NCBI RefSeq assembly: GCF_000143415.4
Contig: NW_003314280.1
Span: 2,215,549 to 2,279,548 of the forward strand
DNA length: 64,000 nt
Source: Selaginella moellendorffii
Taxonomy: Eukaryota; Plantae; Lycopodiophyta
Direction: 5' to 3'
In this document: positions 61,368-64,000 of the stretch, one piece after another
How positions within the stretch are numbered: the first letter of the stretch is position 1
Layout of the letters: every line of letters starts with the position of its first letter
Notes under the pieces: model-generated
The model's input: the letters and a program-made list of their open reading frames with translations, nothing else
Databases searched by the model: none
Told to the model about the DNA's origin: nothing
Program-made: the position numbers and the translations under genes

Positions 61368-62960
61368 TCATGGCAATTGTACACGAACCATGTTTCTATC
61401 ACAGCCATACGTTTTGAGGCCCGAGTCATTCTTATAGATGTTCATGAAGAGCTCCTCCTCGCCGGGATTTGGATCATCCTTGGCCTTGGCTGCCGCATCG
61501 TCAACTTCTTGCTTGATTTCCTTGTCCACTGCCTTGAATTCCTCCTCTCTCATCACATTCTCCTGTGAAAGAAGAACAAATGAAGAGTGAGTGAAAACTG
61601 AGGAAGACTTTCAGTGCTTGCGAGCTCAACTTACTTTAATCATAAGTTTCTTGATGCGCTCGATCGGGTCGCGCTCCTGACGAACTCCCTGAATCTCGTT
61701 TCGTGTCCTGTAAGTGCTGCCGGGATCCGACATGCTGTGGCCGTGGTATCTGTACGTGTCCGCCTCCAAAACAATGGGACCCTGGAGAGGAAGCACTAAA
61801 AGATCTCGAAGAAGAACCAAGAAGAAAAAAAGAAAGCTCTACCTTTCCAGACAGGCAGTGCTCTTTGGCGAATCTCGTAGCTTCTTTTACAGCAAAAGCA
61901 TCCATCCCGTCAACCTGCGATTCCAGTTGAGTGTTCAAGTACAAAAAATCAAAGCCCCTCGGTACCTTTATCCCAGGAATGTAAGAAACACGGTCATAGA
62001 ACGTAGTCTTTTTCGAAGCTCGCCACTCGGCTGTTCCCATTCCATACTGCAAACCGAGGGAAAAGAAGAAACGCTAATGAAAAGTACGAGCTTCACTTAC
62101 GTGATTGTTCTCGACGAGAAAGATAAGCGGCAAATCCCACAGCCCGGCCATGTTCTTCGCTTCAAACAATTGTCCCTAAGCACACACTACGCTTTGAGAC
62201 CAAGCAAAGAGGCAATGCTCACAAACCTGATTACCTGCACCATCACCGTAGATGGCCATCGCAACGTTGTTCTTCTTCTCGTACTTATTTGCAAATGCCA
62301 AACCGGCACCGAGCGGTCCCGTGGTTCCCACAATCCCCCATCCTCCATAGAAATTATTGGAAGGCTTGTAGAGATGCATAGACCCTCCTTTCCCTCGAGC
62401 ACACCCTGTAGATCTTCCCATGAGCTCGGCAAAACATTCCTGGAAGAAAAAAAAAAGAAATTTTCAGCTCCTTTCGTTGAAACCATCCTAAAACTGAGAA
62501 ACTCACTTACGTGCACAGTTCCTCCTCGTCCGAGAAATGTAGCGTGATCTCTGTAAGCCGTGATCACGGTGTCCTCGTACGTCAAAGCTGCCTCCATCCC
62601 TATAGTGACCGCTTCTTGGCCATCGTAGAGATGGCAAAATCCCCGGACGAGCTGGGACTTGAAGAGCTGGCGCCGAAAAATCGATCAATCTTCTTCCCCT
62701 GGAGATAACCGAAAAGAAAATCCCTATACCTTGTCCGCAGTGATCTCCATTCGCCGGATCCGAAACATATCCCTGTACATCTTGACCAGCTCCTCTCTGC
62801 TCGTGACGGACTCCCGCGCGGGGCCTTCCTGGAGGAGATGGAGCTGGAATGGCACCGGAATTTCGACATTGATCGCGTCTGGCGCTTGAGCGGCGGCGGC
62901 CTGGCGGGGCTGCGATGCAAAGAGGCGCCGGGCGAGCGATCCGACGGTGGATCTCGTCAT
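61368..62960 (-). CDS. Pyruvate dehydrogenase E1 alpha subunit, mitochondrial
   Basis: [14 protein letters not shown] presequence, [48 protein letters not shown]. Confidence 0.93.
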
Positions 62961-63069
62961 GGATCACGGATAGAGGGGAAATGCAATACCTTGTCACACC
63001 ACGCCCGCAAAATCCATCGCCAGAAGCCCCTGACACGGGACTGCATAGCATGCTTGCCACGTAGTAGCC

Positions 63070-63244
63070 CAAAAACCCTAGGAAAGTGTCTTGGAGAATA
63101 TTCTCAAAGTCAAAGGCTAAAGGTAATTTCAATTATACAGTTTTTAGGGTTCTAGCAGGAGAATATTCTTATTGTAAAGTTAAAAGGCCTTTAATTTGGT
63201 TTATTATCTGAAAGGTAATGTCAAATGTTTTAGGGTTCTAGCAT
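63070..63244. promoter_or_regulatory. Telo-box-like motifs upstream of PDH E1-alpha
   Basis: AAAACCCTAG at ~63072 and two copies of TTTTAGGGTTCTAGCA at ~63142 and ~63228. Confidence 0.5.
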
Positions 63245-63259
63245 TTCTTCACTCGAGGA

Positions 63260-63958
63260 TCACGAGCAGAACAAGCGACTAAAGAGGTGATCGTGACAAG
63301 CCTGTGCGGTGTCCAAGAGAGGCGAGACCTGGCAAGCGTCCTCCACACCCCTGTCCGCGCATTTCCTCACCACGGCCTCGCCAAATCCTCGCAAGCTCTG
63401 CTGCATCGCCGCGGCTTGCAGCGGCCCGACCAGATTCAACCGGGTTGCCGCCGACAGCACGTCCCTCAGCGTCAGGTAGAGGTAAGCTCGCTGGCAAGTG
63501 AGCGCGTCCAGCTTGAGCAGCCCACACACGATCCCAAACACGCCGGCGTGGTGGCCGGAAGCTCGCCCCGCTCGGACCACCCCTCGCAGCTCTCCCAGCT
63601 CCGCAAGATCGGGGTACACTGTAGCCGCGGTCCTCAGCAGCGCGGACCCCTGGCTCGACGACGCTCGTCTCGCGACGTGGTTGCTCAGCGTCGCGTTGAG
63701 CAGCCGGTCCAGCTCGATCCATCCGGCCACGTCCGGTAGCTTGAAGCTCGCTGAGACGAACGGCAGCAGCAGCGATCCCGAGTTCTCGAGCGTTGACTTG
63801 ATGAAAGTGTCGAGGGACTTGGAGTCGCTAACGAGTCCCGCCTGGACTGCTGCCTCGAGACCGTAAGAATGCGCGAAGCCGCCGGTTGGAAAGAACGAGT
63901 CGACCAATTGCCATACTACCCAGTCGGACCCCTGTGACTTCTTCGCTGGGAGATCCAT
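63260..63958 (-). CDS. UREF: Urease accessory protein UreF
   Basis: WQLVDSFFPTGGFAHSYGLE, GHHAGVFG, RDVLSAATRLNLVGP, HDHLFSRLFCS; single exon. Confidence 0.95.
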   Translation of the reverse strand: MDLPAKKSQGSDWVVWQLVDSFFPTGGFAHSYGLEAAVQAGLVSDSKSLDTFIKSTLENSGSLLLPFVSASFKLPDVAGWIELDRLLNATLSNHVARRASSSQGSALLRTAATVYPDLAELGELRGVVRAGRASGHHAGVFGIVCGLLKLDALTCQRAYLYLTLRDVLSAATRLNLVGPLQAAAMQQSLRGFGEAVVRKCADRGVEDACQVSPLLDTAQACHDHLFSRLFCS

Positions 63959-64000
63959 ACGAAAAGCTAGACCCTGCAAGAGTAGCGCCCTAGCTAAGTT

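Noticed and set aside
40820-63958. Dedicated carbon-metabolism cluster (enolase, phosphorylase, PDH)
   Set aside because: The products act in different compartments and are interspersed with unrelated genes, as expected in a compact genome.

Overview
Eukaryotic plant genomic DNA with very short (~50 bp) GT-AG introns and tight gene packing, consistent with a lycophyte such as Selaginella (inference from intron size and gene content). The left ~38 kb is a rearranged, repeat-rich block. It holds several broken, partly inverted copies of a RAP-domain gene and of a CYP85-clan (CYP90-like) P450 5' fragment, two head-to-head class III peroxidase-like genes that both lack the distal catalytic His, and a TIR-bounded MULE/SWIM transposon. 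One P450 copy is split by a complete Helitron (carrying a solo LTR) and by a 14.5-kb nested LTR block that includes a young non-coding LTR element with CpG-rich minisatellites in its LTRs. The right ~26 kb is gene-dense: intact RAP, plastid enolase, a BKI1/MAKR-family gene, CTP synthase, an F-box-associated-like ORF, a ZIFL-type MFS transporter, an alpha-glucan phosphorylase with an ACT-like N-terminal insert, mitochondrial PDH E1-alpha and UreF. The best leads are (i) a TIR element whose transposase resembles, along its length, the conserved plant SWIM-finger host genes, (ii) intact peroxidase-fold genes with R38K/H42R active-site changes, and (iii) a promoter-bearing RAP fragment with an ~82-bp foldback that could yield hairpin RNA against the intact RAP gene. 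Family assignments come from motif recognition, not database searches.
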